Shown here: positions 15,283-22,302 of the stretch, one piece after another
Position numbering within the stretch: position 1 is the first letter of the stretch
Layout of the letters: each line of letters opens with the position of its first letter
Source of the DNA: a virus
Reading direction: 5' to 3' (one strand)
IMG/VR virus record: IMGVR_UViG_3300045988_159560
DNA: 37,955 bases
Translations under genes and position numbers: made by a program
Notes under the pieces: generated by a model
Seen by the model: the letters and a program-made list of their open reading frames with translations, nothing else
Databases searched by the model: none
What the model was told of the DNA's origin: nothing

Positions 15283-15651
15283 TCACGCCAGATTTTTCGA
15301 GCTGGCATCCAGCCACCAGTCCGTTCCGGGAATCCGGGCCGCCACCCCGCCGGGATTGAAGTTATTCAGACCCACCACCACGTAGATGCCGAACGCATAT
15401 ATCGGCGCGAAGATTATGCTGACGCCGTCTTCCGAAACCACCGCCGTATACCCGGAGCAGATCATCATGGTACCATCGGCGGCCGACAGTATCAGCCCCG
15501 GACATACGCCCTGATCCAGCGTCCGGAAGATAGCGGGAAGATCGACATTCTCCGCAAGGTTGCGGCTCAGGCTCGCATCATCGTTGCCCACATATTCGGC
15601 CGACCCGGTGAACGAGGCGAAGGCAGTGGGGGGGGGGATGATCTTACGCAT
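15283..15651 (-). CDS. Hypothetical protein with a C10 tract at codons 5-8
   Basis: 122-aa ORF, MRKIIPPPTAFAS..., in the short leftward unit. Confidence 0.5.
   Translation of the reverse strand: MRKIIPPPTAFASFTGSAEYVGNDDASLSRNLAENVDLPAIFRTLDQGVCPGLILSAADGTMMICSGYTAVVSEDGVSIIFAPIYAFGIYVVVGLNNFNPGGVAARIPGTDWWLDASSKNLA
15628..15637. repeat. G10 homopolymer (C10 on the coding strand)
   Basis: The plus strand reads gtggggggggggatg. The tract encodes I-PPP near the 5' end of the 15283..15651 gene. Confidence 0.9.
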
Positions 15652-15654
15652 GGC

Positions 15655-15819
15655 TTACTCTGCTGGCGCCCATCGCTGGGAGATTTCAGTGACAAATACG
15701 TACCACTTCCCGCCGGCCATAGGCTCGTAACCTTCTGCGGGCGTGTCCTTGAGAGAAATGCGCAGGAAGTCGTAGCTCTCATGCTGAGGCGCCCCAGGCG
15801 ACTTACAAAGTATCTTCAT
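15655..15819 (-). CDS. Small hypothetical protein (54 aa), below the ORF-track size cutoff
   Basis: My translation is MKILCKSPGAPQHESYDFLRISLKDTPAEGYEPMAGGKWYVFVTEISQRWAPAE. The stop lies 3 nt before the next ATG, and a -7 box lies upstream. Confidence 0.4.
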   Translation of the reverse strand: MKILCKSPGAPQHESYDFLRISLKDTPAEGYEPMAGGKWYVFVTEISQRWAPAE

Positions 15820-15835
15820 AGCATTACGTTTTGCG

Positions 15836-15843
15836 CAAATATA
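15836..15843 (-). promoter_or_regulatory. TAnnTTTG -7 box (tatatttg) for the short leftward unit, with a weak -33
   Basis: The minus strand reads gcttatatttgcgcaaaacg, 16 nt upstream of ATG 15819. It is embedded in the inverted repeat ttttgc...gcaaaa. Confidence 0.45.
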
Positions 15844-15989
15844 AGCAAAATCCCGAAATGTCGAAACATCAGAGATAATAAAGTTTTTTAGGAACAGGCC
15901 CCGAAAACCAATCCCCCGCGGATTTCAAAGTCGAGTAAGGGAAAGTTCTCAGCCCCATAGTCCCAAAAAAACCACGGGAGAAAATATGG

Positions 15990-16500
15990 AGAGTGTTAGC
16001 ACGGGACCCACCCCCGCCCTGTTTACCCTGCGTTCGTTGCCTTCCCTCGCGCTCGCCTTCGGCTCGCGCTCAGGCCCTAACTGTCCTCCCACCTTCGGCG
16101 CATCGGCTCCACCCAGCCAGCCAGCCAGCCCGATCCCACGATCACACCCCGATCCTCCAGCCGCACCCCTCAGAGATCACCCGCCAGCACACACCCGCCC
16201 ACCCGCTCCCGCCCTCACGCATGCGCACACGCACACGAGCACACCCCCACGCACGCACCCGCATCACACGCATACACTTTCGCGTCACGCACCCGGACGC
16301 CCGCACGTGCCCGCGCTCCTGCGTTGCACACACATAGTAGTATTTCATAGGATAGCGGTATATGTCGAAGGGTAGACCTCCGACCTATGAGCTACGGAAG
16401 CAGGGAGGTACTACCGGTGTGGGCGGGGGTGGGAGTGATGAGGTCGGGGAGGTCGGGTGAGATCGGGGCGGGGGACGCGCGGGGGCAGGTCGGGGGTTCC
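15990..16500. other. Non-coding, strand-asymmetric tract: a C-rich arm (about 16000-16330), an AT-richer centre (about 16335-16400) and a G-rich arm (about 16418-16496)
   Basis: Hand counts: 16021-16320 has C 151, G 57, A 50, T 42; 16421-16500 has G 50, C 12, A 8, T 10. The only ORFs here are low-complexity Pro/His/Thr or Arg/Gly strings. Confidence 0.8.
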
Positions 16501-16565
16501 GCTGCTGGCACTCTCGGATCAGCGAAAAAAAGTTGCGAAAAACCGTGCATTTTTCTTTAGAAAAT

Positions 16566-16596
16566 TTTGCAAAGTAAATATTTTTGCGTATATTTG
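16566..16596 (+). promoter_or_regulatory. Bacteroidota-type early promoter (TTTG-N19-TATATTTG)
   Basis: tttg at 16566-16569 and tatatttg at 16589-16596. The first ATG is at 16627. Confidence 0.7.
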
Positions 16597-16626
16597 TATA
16601 GAGAAAAACACAAAACCTATTCTATC

Positions 16627-16926
16627 ATGAAAGCACTTGATTTCCTTGCCATTGTCGCGAAGTACAATGTACCAAATTCGTATTACACCGTGTTCGAGGA
16701 GGGGGAACCCGTCTGCGAGAGGTTGTCCGGGTCGGACGAATACCTTGCCAAGGTGGTTGCGGGGAAAATTCCCGCCGACACTGCCGCAGTAGCCGTATAC
16801 AGCGAGGGATCGGCAAAAGAACTAATAGGATACCTTACCGAAAGGGGACACACAGCTGATGCGGTCGTTTGTGCCTATACCCTTTTCGAACAACCCGGAT
16901 TCGTATTCATCTATTCACTCAAATAA
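16627..16926 (+). CDS. Hypothetical early protein
   Basis: 99 aa from the first ATG after the promoter. The ORF-track TTG start at 16567 lies inside the promoter. Confidence 0.55.
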   Translation: MKALDFLAIVAKYNVPNSYYTVFEEGEPVCERLSGSDEYLAKVVAGKIPADTAAVAVYSEGSAKELIGYLTERGHTADAVVCAYTLFEQPGFVFIYSLK

Positions 16927-16936
16927 CTATAACGCC

Positions 16937-17386
16937 ATGACACAAAATATTTTAAATTCACCTAAATATCTTTCCGACATGCGCACCTATATTTCCGATA
17001 CCGAACGGAAACGCGGGCAATGGAATAAAGCAACGGCCTATTATGCTGATTTTTTGCTAGACAGTTATATAGAGATCTGCAAGTGGTGCGCCGATCAAAA
17101 CGCAGCAATACCGGCTTTATCCTTGGATTTGGTCCTAAATGGGGCGTCCGGCTGGCATCAATACAGTTACGGCGGTTGTGCGCTGGTGTATAACGGCGAT
17201 ATAGCGAAAGTAGTGTTTACCCCTGCGCAATTCGCCAAGTGGGAGCCGGGGCGAAAGGTAACGGCGGAACCATTGTTGGATATTCAGGCGCGCGCCCTCG
17301 CTGCGGGGTGGAGAGTGTTGAAGTCTGCCCAGAGATACGCAGATATGTGTGCAAACCTTCAAAACCGACAACCCGATGAAAAATAA
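16937..17386 (+). CDS. Hypothetical early protein
   Basis: 149 aa from ATG 16937 (MTQNILNSPKY...). No motif recognised. Confidence 0.55.
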   Translation: MTQNILNSPKYLSDMRTYISDTERKRGQWNKATAYYADFLLDSYIEICKWCADQNAAIPALSLDLVLNGASGWHQYSYGGCALVYNGDIAKVVFTPAQFAKWEPGRKVTAEPLLDIQARALAAGWRVLKSAQRYADMCANLQNRQPDEK

Positions 17387-17618
17387 TCTTGATAATATCG
17401 ACTATATCGAACGGAAGGCGATCCGAAAGAGCCGAAACGGCGAGCCTTTCGTGCTCCGGGGGCGCAAATATCGCCTTGTTCCAGATCCGGAGGGGGTCAG
17501 CCAGACCCAAATTTGCGACGATATTTGTGCCTTCGGAGCGCACAATGAATCCGCATGGGGAGCCTGCTCAGCCTGCCCCTGCATGAATAACAAACATATC
17601 GAAGAGATTAAAGATTAG
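17376..17618 (+). CDS. Hypothetical Cys-rich small protein
   Basis: 80 aa from ATG 17376, overlapping the previous stop. The C-terminus reads CDDICAFGAHNESAWGACSACPC. Confidence 0.5.
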   Translation: MKNNLDNIDYIERKAIRKSRNGEPFVLRGRKYRLVPDPEGVSQTQICDDICAFGAHNESAWGACSACPCMNNKHIEEIKD

Positions 17619-17622
17619 AGCC

Positions 17623-17796
17623 ATGAAAAAATGCGCTTTTATGCGGTATTTGGTCACCGCGATTGCGACCGCCGCGATATGCTGGATGATGTTCCGGTAT
17701 TCGTTCCGAGTGGAGCGGGTTTATGACGCCGGCGACGTGGTTCTGGTGGAGGTTTCGATACTCGGCCAGTGCGAAATCCACGAGGTAACGAAATAG
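17623..17796 (+). CDS. Small membrane protein (57 aa), below the ORF-track size cutoff
   Basis: My translation is MKKCAFMRYLVTAIATAAICWMMFRYSFRVERVYDAGDVVLVEVSILGQCEIHEVTK. It has one hydrophobic helix. Confidence 0.4.
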   Translation: MKKCAFMRYLVTAIATAAICWMMFRYSFRVERVYDAGDVVLVEVSILGQCEIHEVTK

Positions 17797-17978
17797 CCCC
17801 CTTCGGGGGAGGGGTCCGCCACTGGCCGAAACCCCAGCCGCCCGCGACGGCATAAAGTGGCAAATTGTATTGGTGAAGCATTCGCATCGCGTGGAGAAGG
17901 CGCGGCAGACCGACGGGCAGCAACCCGCGGGGATCACCTCCCCGGCCTTCGCAAGTTAAACCGCAAAACAACACTATT

Positions 17979-18212
17979 ATGGAAAAATTTGAGCTGTTGA
18001 AGTACATGACCGGGGATTATATCCTACAAACCCGGCACGGCTGGAAAGTAGTCGATCTACAACTACGGCCAAGAGCAGAGAAATACAAACTTTTAGGCAA
18101 AGTACAGGGGCCAAGCGGCGAAGTATTCCCGGCTTCGTGGACCGTTGACGGGAAGGACATAGTAGACCAAGACGAAGGTAGATTTGATTTAATGATGATT
18201 CCCGTAAAATGA
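17979..18212 (+). CDS. Hypothetical protein
   Basis: 77-aa ORF. Its stop overlaps the next start (ATGA). Confidence 0.5.
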   Translation: MEKFELLKYMTGDYILQTRHGWKVVDLQLRPRAEKYKLLGKVQGPSGEVFPASWTVDGKDIVDQDEGRFDLMMIPVK

Positions 18213-18469
18213 AAATCGCGCACTATACCCTATTTTCGGCCGAAGGAACGCAGATCGCGGAGTCTTTGGACCTGCAATACATCAAAGACGTTGCGAAGCG
18301 TCAGAAGCCCGGAAATTATTACGTCTACGAATGGTGGGCAGATCCCGGCGATCCGTTTTGGGAACATTGCCCGGACACCCACTACGAATTTATCATCAAA
18401 CGGAGGTTGATCTCAACTACGATTCAGATTATCAACAAGGATAGTTTATTTAAAAATTCACAATTATGA
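18209..18469 (+). CDS. Hypothetical protein
   Basis: 86-aa ORF with start and stop overlaps to both neighbours. Confidence 0.5.
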   Translation: MKIAHYTLFSAEGTQIAESLDLQYIKDVAKRQKPGNYYVYEWWADPGDPFWEHCPDTHYEFIIKRRLISTTIQIINKDSLFKNSQL

Positions 18470-18771
18470 TTTACGATTTGTCAACTGCGGCGTACAACGC
18501 CATTGCCGAAGCATTCAAAGACCATTTAGACGGGGATTTCTTTTCCGGGTCGGAAGTGGTCAACATCGACACCCCGAACGGGCGCGAGGACGTAACGGTC
18601 ATCATCTCCGCCGATCTGTATTGGAAATCCGTACAGATTCCAGAGGGAAGTTATCCGGTCTTGAATGCGGTCCAATTCCGGAATATCGAAATATACCCGG
18701 ATCACGAAAGCGCAACAATTCATGTAGAACCCCGGAAAATGGCGATAGCCTTCCTTAAAACCAACCAATAA
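18466..18771 (+). CDS. Hypothetical protein
   Basis: 101-aa ORF, tightly packed upstream of the exonuclease gene. Confidence 0.5.
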   Translation: MIYDLSTAAYNAIAEAFKDHLDGDFFSGSEVVNIDTPNGREDVTVIISADLYWKSVQIPEGSYPVLNAVQFRNIEIYPDHESATIHVEPRKMAIAFLKTNQ

Positions 18772-18772
18772 C

Positions 18773-19717
18773 ATGGCAATCCGCAAAACAGTTTTCAAGA
18801 CCCGCGCCGAGTGGCTGGCATACCGAAATCAAAACTTCGTGATTGGGGGATCGAACATAGGCATAATCCTCGGCCTGAGCAATCACAAAACCCCGCTGCA
18901 ATTGTGGTTGGAATGGAAAAACCGCGACGCGCAGCCGATCAAGGAATCCATGTATCGCGGGCGGTTCATGGAGGACGGAATAGCGCACTGGTTCCAACAG
19001 CAGACAGGCCTCAAGGTGGTGGGCCGATCCAAAGAGATCGCCGTATTCCACAACGACGAGTACCCCGATTACATTCAGGTTGCGCCGGATCGGGAGATTT
19101 TCAAGGAGGGAACGAACCTCGCCGGGCGTCCGTTCTTGGAGATCAAAGACACCGCGATGCATGTGGACTTCGACGTACCGGAGACCATTCCGTCCGAATG
19201 GTTTTTGCAGTGCCAGTTTGAGGCGGAAATAGGCGGACGCCCCGGAACCTATCTGGCCGTAAATGATGGCTCCAAAACGCTCAAATCGCGCTTGATCCTG
19301 CCGGAGCGGGAGTACGTCCGCAAGTGCATCGAAATGGCGTGCGCATGGTACGAACGGCATATTATCGGGGGCGAACAGCCGGAGCCTATAAATGGCGATG
19401 ACGTGCAACTGTTGCACCCCGAATCCACCGCCGGGATCATCAAGGTAGGGCACGAAGTATCGCAACTCCACGAGCAGGCGATTATCTACAAGCGCAACGC
19501 GAATGAAGCGGCCAAGAAATACGAGGAAATCAAGGCGAAAATGTCGGCGCTGTTCGACGAACGCGATACCCTTGCCTACGAAGGCCGGGCGCTGGCCACC
19601 TACCGCACCATTCATCAGAGGCGTTTCGATCTGGCCAAATTTAGCGAGGATCACCCCGATCTGGCCAAAGAGTATACCACCATTTCAGCGTATCGGAAAT
19701 TCGACATAAAAAAGTGA
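18773..19717 (+). CDS. YqaJ-type (lambda Exo-like) recombination exonuclease
   Basis: 314 aa. Motifs: RAEWLAYRNQNFVIGGSNIGIILGLSNHKTPLQLWLEWK, PFLEIKDTA and WFLQCQFEAEI, matching the YqaJ viral recombinase pattern. It sits next to recT. Confidence 0.75.
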   Translation: MAIRKTVFKTRAEWLAYRNQNFVIGGSNIGIILGLSNHKTPLQLWLEWKNRDAQPIKESMYRGRFMEDGIAHWFQQQTGLKVVGRSKEIAVFHNDEYPDYIQVAPDREIFKEGTNLAGRPFLEIKDTAMHVDFDVPETIPSEWFLQCQFEAEIGGRPGTYLAVNDGSKTLKSRLILPEREYVRKCIEMACAWYERHIIGGEQPEPINGDDVQLLHPESTAGIIKVGHEVSQLHEQAIIYKRNANEAAKKYEEIKAKMSALFDERDTLAYEGRALATYRTIHQRRFDLAKFSEDHPDLAKEYTTISAYRKFDIKK

Positions 19718-20130
19718 TGGAAACCAAGGAAGAGCTGGTGGCGCGGCGAACGCGGCAGATCACCGAGTTGATAACCGACTATTCGAGGGTCAAAGGATAT
19801 GACACGAGAATCGAGAATTTGTCCCCCTACCAAATGCGTGTTTGCAGGTGCATACGCTCGATGGGAAGGCGCATAAATGTGGACGAGAGAACCACGGAAG
19901 AGGGTTTTATACTCACCGGAAGCGCAATCGGTATTTTCGACGTGTACCCCACCAACATGCGGTGGCACAACCTCTCAGACAACACCCGCGGCGGCTTTAC
20001 CTCCGGCGGATGGAAAGACGGAATCAAAAAACTACTTGACAAAAATTTCAGCTATGGACGCAAAACAGATGACCGAACAGGCGAAGGCCGTAACCATTCA
20101 GGCCCCGCAAAAGAGCGTAACACAAAGTAA
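19717..20130 (+). CDS. Hypothetical protein inserted between the exonuclease and RecT genes
   Basis: ORF from ATG 19717 (TGATG overlap with the exonuclease stop). Its last ~77 nt overlap the likely recT start, so its 3' end or the recT start is uncertain. Confidence 0.4.
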   Translation: METKEELVARRTRQITELITDYSRVKGYDTRIENLSPYQMRVCRCIRSMGRRINVDERTTEEGFILTGSAIGIFDVYPTNMRWHNLSDNTRGGFTSGGWKDGIKKLLDKNFSYGRKTDDRTGEGRNHSGPAKERNTK

Positions 20131-20908
20131 CTTTCAACAAATCAAATCATGGCTTACGAAAGGAAGCACCCGCGACCAATTTATGGACGTTCTGGGGGAG
20201 AAATTCGCCCCGCGGTTCATGCAAACAATCCTGCTGTTGATGCGCGATCCGGCCGCCGCGGCCCTCAACAAATGCGACCCGCGCACGGTGGTGAGATCGG
20301 CGATGGTATCGGCCTGCACGGGGTTGTCCATCGACCCGAACCTGAGCCAGTCGGCCCTGATCCCCTACGGCGACCGGTGTACGTTTCAGGTGATGAACCG
20401 CGGCCTTCAACAGCTGGCCTTCCGCACCGGCACGATGGCGACATTCAACACGGCAAAAGTGTACGAAGGGGACATATTATCCCACAATCCCTTTACGGGG
20501 GAATACAAGTACAACGATTCGCCGCACGAGCGGGAAATCCTGCAAGGATATATAGCCTACATTCGCCAACTCACGGGCTTCGAAAAGTATTGCTACATGA
20601 CCATTGAGGAATTGATGGCATGGGGCCAGAGGTATTCGAAATCCTTCAATAAGCCCACCGGAATGTGGCGAACCAACCCGGAAGTAATGTATCATAAAAC
20701 CGTATCGAAACGGGTGCTGCGCGAGGGTGCGATCATTGATCCCTATTCTACCACGGCCATGAACCAGCTGGCCACCGCCATTAAGTTCGACAACGGCACG
20801 CCTATGTCCGACAACATTGAGTATGAAACCGCGGTAGAATACCCCGACAGACAGACCGAAGATGAGGCGATGATCGCCCGTGTAGAAAATGCCGAACAAT
20901 CCAAATAG
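20054..20908 (+). CDS. recT: RecT-family single-strand annealing protein
   Basis: 284 aa from ATG 20054 (MDAKQMTEQAK...). Sequence NKCDPRTVVRSAMVSACTGLSIDPNLSQSALIPYGDRCTFQVMNRGLQQLAFRTG is RecT-like. It pairs with the YqaJ exonuclease. Confidence 0.75.
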   Translation: MDAKQMTEQAKAVTIQAPQKSVTQSNFQQIKSWLTKGSTRDQFMDVLGEKFAPRFMQTILLLMRDPAAAALNKCDPRTVVRSAMVSACTGLSIDPNLSQSALIPYGDRCTFQVMNRGLQQLAFRTGTMATFNTAKVYEGDILSHNPFTGEYKYNDSPHEREILQGYIAYIRQLTGFEKYCYMTIEELMAWGQRYSKSFNKPTGMWRTNPEVMYHKTVSKRVLREGAIIDPYSTTAMNQLATAIKFDNGTPMSDNIEYETAVEYPDRQTEDEAMIARVENAEQSK

Positions 20909-20916
20909 GGGGGGGG
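20908..20916. repeat. G9 homopolymer between the recT stop and the next ATG (tagggggggggTATG)
   Basis: Read directly. The run starts in the TAG stop and ends 1 nt before ATG 20918. Confidence 0.9.
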
Positions 20917-20917
20917 T

Positions 20918-21133
20918 ATGATAACTGACACACGAAACCTTCATACCCTGCGATGGCTGGCCGACGCGAGCGGCATTCCGCTGAGTTCTCTCTACCATTA
21001 CGCCAAAACCGGCGCGCTGAAAATAGTGAAGATCGACAATGTCGCTTTGGTGGCCGAATCGAATCTTCCCGACTGGATAAAAGTTGAAATAAACAAGAAA
21101 CACAATGAAAAAGTTCAAGATTCCGGAAAGTAG
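20918..21133 (+). CDS. Small helix-turn-helix DNA-binding protein (Xis/AlpA/MerR-like)
   Basis: 71 aa. LRWLADASGIPLSSLYHYAKTGALKIVKIDNVALV fits an HTH followed by a wing. Confidence 0.55.
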   Translation: MITDTRNLHTLRWLADASGIPLSSLYHYAKTGALKIVKIDNVALVAESNLPDWIKVEINKKHNEKVQDSGK

Positions 21134-21213
21134 TTGGCTGTTGTATTTGTACCTGCCTATTTTGATCGTCCAAATGCTGTTGATGGCGATGGTAGAACCA
21201 ACAATCCCGGAAA

Positions 21214-21483
21214 ATGGTAAAGCAAAATAGTACGCGCCGATCCGTATTGGACAGCCCGCAGGTAAACTGCACCGCGTGCGTTCACTGGCCCGGACAGCAT
21301 GTTTTTCACTGCCTCAAGGCGCGAACGCTGACGATCTGTATGGACAAATGGTGCATTTACTTCGAGCCGAAAGAAGGGATCGAGATGCCGATTATAACCG
21401 AAAATAAACCTGATGTCAAACCAGCGGAGCTGGCGAAGGGAGTTCGAAACTTCGCGGCCCGCAAAAAACCGAAAAGAAAATGA
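21214..21483 (+). CDS. Hypothetical Cys/His-rich protein with a basic tail
   Basis: 89 aa. CTACVHWPGQHVFHC...C...WC, with C-terminal ARKKPKRK. Confidence 0.45.
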   Translation: MVKQNSTRRSVLDSPQVNCTACVHWPGQHVFHCLKARTLTICMDKWCIYFEPKEGIEMPIITENKPDVKPAELAKGVRNFAARKKPKRK

Positions 21484-21486
21484 GGA

Positions 21487-21495
21487 GGGGGGGGG
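21487..21495. repeat. G9 homopolymer immediately upstream of a start codon (tgaggagggggggggTATG)
   Basis: Read directly. Same G9-T-ATG arrangement as at 20908-20920. Confidence 0.9.
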
Positions 21496-21496
21496 T

Positions 21497-21814
21497 ATGC
21501 AACAAATTAAGCTTTCAGAATGCAAGGAAGGAGATAAAATATGCCTTCCGTCGTGGCAAAACGGCCAAAAATACCGGCTGGTATACTGGGTAGGGGAGCC
21601 AACATCCATCGTCAAATACCACACGAAGGTGGACGAGAAGGGAGTGAAGAAACGCCACAAAATTTCCATCCCGGCCGTATGGGTCTCGCATCTGGAAAAG
21701 GGAGCGGCCAAACTGATCCGGGAGAACGTGGTGGATTGCGAAATGGTGGAGGTACGCCAGAAATGGCCGACACTCGACACACAAGGAAACGAAGTTTATG
21801 TATTTCTAATTTGA
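21497..21814 (+). CDS. Hypothetical protein
   Basis: 105 aa from ATG 21497 (MQQIKLSECKEG...). Confidence 0.5.
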   Translation: MQQIKLSECKEGDKICLPSWQNGQKYRLVYWVGEPTSIVKYHTKVDEKGVKKRHKISIPAVWVSHLEKGAAKLIRENVVDCEMVEVRQKWPTLDTQGNEVYVFLI

Positions 21815-21829
21815 GAATCATGGAACAGA

Positions 21830-22113
21830 AAACATGCATACGATGCAAACAAACTAAGCCGATCACCGAGTTCGGCCGACTCAAGAACACCAAGGACGGG
21901 ATGAATCCCCGCTGTAAATCATGCCTTCGAGAATATGCCCGATTGTCATATTCCAAACGAAAATCAACCCTGCCTGCCCGGAGGGGGGGGGCGATTCACA
22001 ATCCCGATCTGGCAGGCTACACCGACCGGAAACTGCTGGAAGAACTCAAGGCTCGCGGCTTCGTATGGTCGGACATGAAGCGCATTCAACCCGTTAAATA
22101 CGATTCGATATGA
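21830..22113 (+). CDS. Zinc-ribbon-like small protein
   Basis: 94 aa from ATG 21830. CIRCKQTKPITEFGRLKNTKDGMNPRCKSC gives a CxxC...CxxC pattern. It contains an in-frame G9 tract. Confidence 0.5.
21983..21991. repeat. G9 homopolymer inside a coding sequence (cgg agg ggg ggg gcg = RRGGA)
   Basis: Read directly. Confidence 0.9.
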
Positions 22114-22277
22114 CCCAGATAGAGTACAAAATAGTCATGACCAGCAAAACCCGCCCGCCGCCAGAAGAAGAAATGAACGCTTTGGGGGTTCATGGCTGGG
22201 ATTTGGTTCGGGTGCTGGTCATAGGTGAGAGAATGGAGTATATTTTCAAACGTCCCAAAATACAACGTCATCATTAA
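22110..22277 (+). CDS. DUF4177-like small protein (55 aa), below the ORF-track size cutoff
   Basis: My translation is MTQIEYKIVMTSKTRPPPEEEMNALGVHGWDLVRVLVIGERMEYIFKRPKIQRHH. ATGA overlap with the previous gene. The GW(D/E)LV...Y.FKR pattern is present. Confidence 0.45.
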   Translation: MTQIEYKIVMTSKTRPPPEEEMNALGVHGWDLVRVLVIGERMEYIFKRPKIQRHH

Positions 22278-22302
22278 ACAACAAATTAAAAAACAAAAAG
22301 TT

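Noticed and set aside
15986-16375. 129-aa Pro/His/Thr-rich ORF, and the overlapping 15993..16337 and 16142..16348 ORFs, inside the C-rich tract
   Set aside because: Three overlapping frames are open simply because the tract lacks the A/T-rich stop triplets. The sequences are low-complexity (PPSQPASPIPRSHPDPPAAP, THAHTHTSTPPRTHPHHTHT). No promoter faces them. They are treated as non-coding, though translation cannot be excluded without data.
17794-18000. Possible TAG read-through or recoding: the frame after the TAG at 17794-17796 stays open for about 68 codons
   Set aside because: TAG ends many well-delimited genes here, for example at 14779, 17618, 20908, 21133, 22674, 24596, 27542 and 28485. 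The read-through peptide is Gly/Arg/Ala-rich, as expected for a GC-rich non-coding stretch. The standard code is retained.
18755-19654. 299-aa minus-strand ORF. Others lie at 20477..21118 and 29649..30248.
   Set aside because: They are antisense to the YqaJ exonuclease, RecT and Dps genes, which have clear family signatures. The minus-strand ORFs are low-complexity and would break the unidirectional early operon.
20918-21133. Small HTH protein as an excisionase, implying a temperate phage
   Set aside because: No integrase, attachment-site-like repeat or repressor is present in the complete genome. The HTH protein is more safely called a generic DNA-binding regulator.
21134-21230. Short hydrophobic ORF (WLLYLYLPILIVQMLLMAMVEPTIPENGKAK) in the 80-nt gap after the HTH gene
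   Set aside because: It has only non-ATG starts (CTG/TTG) upstream of an 18-codon ATG ORF, it overlaps the next gene's start, and it is too short to support from sequence alone.
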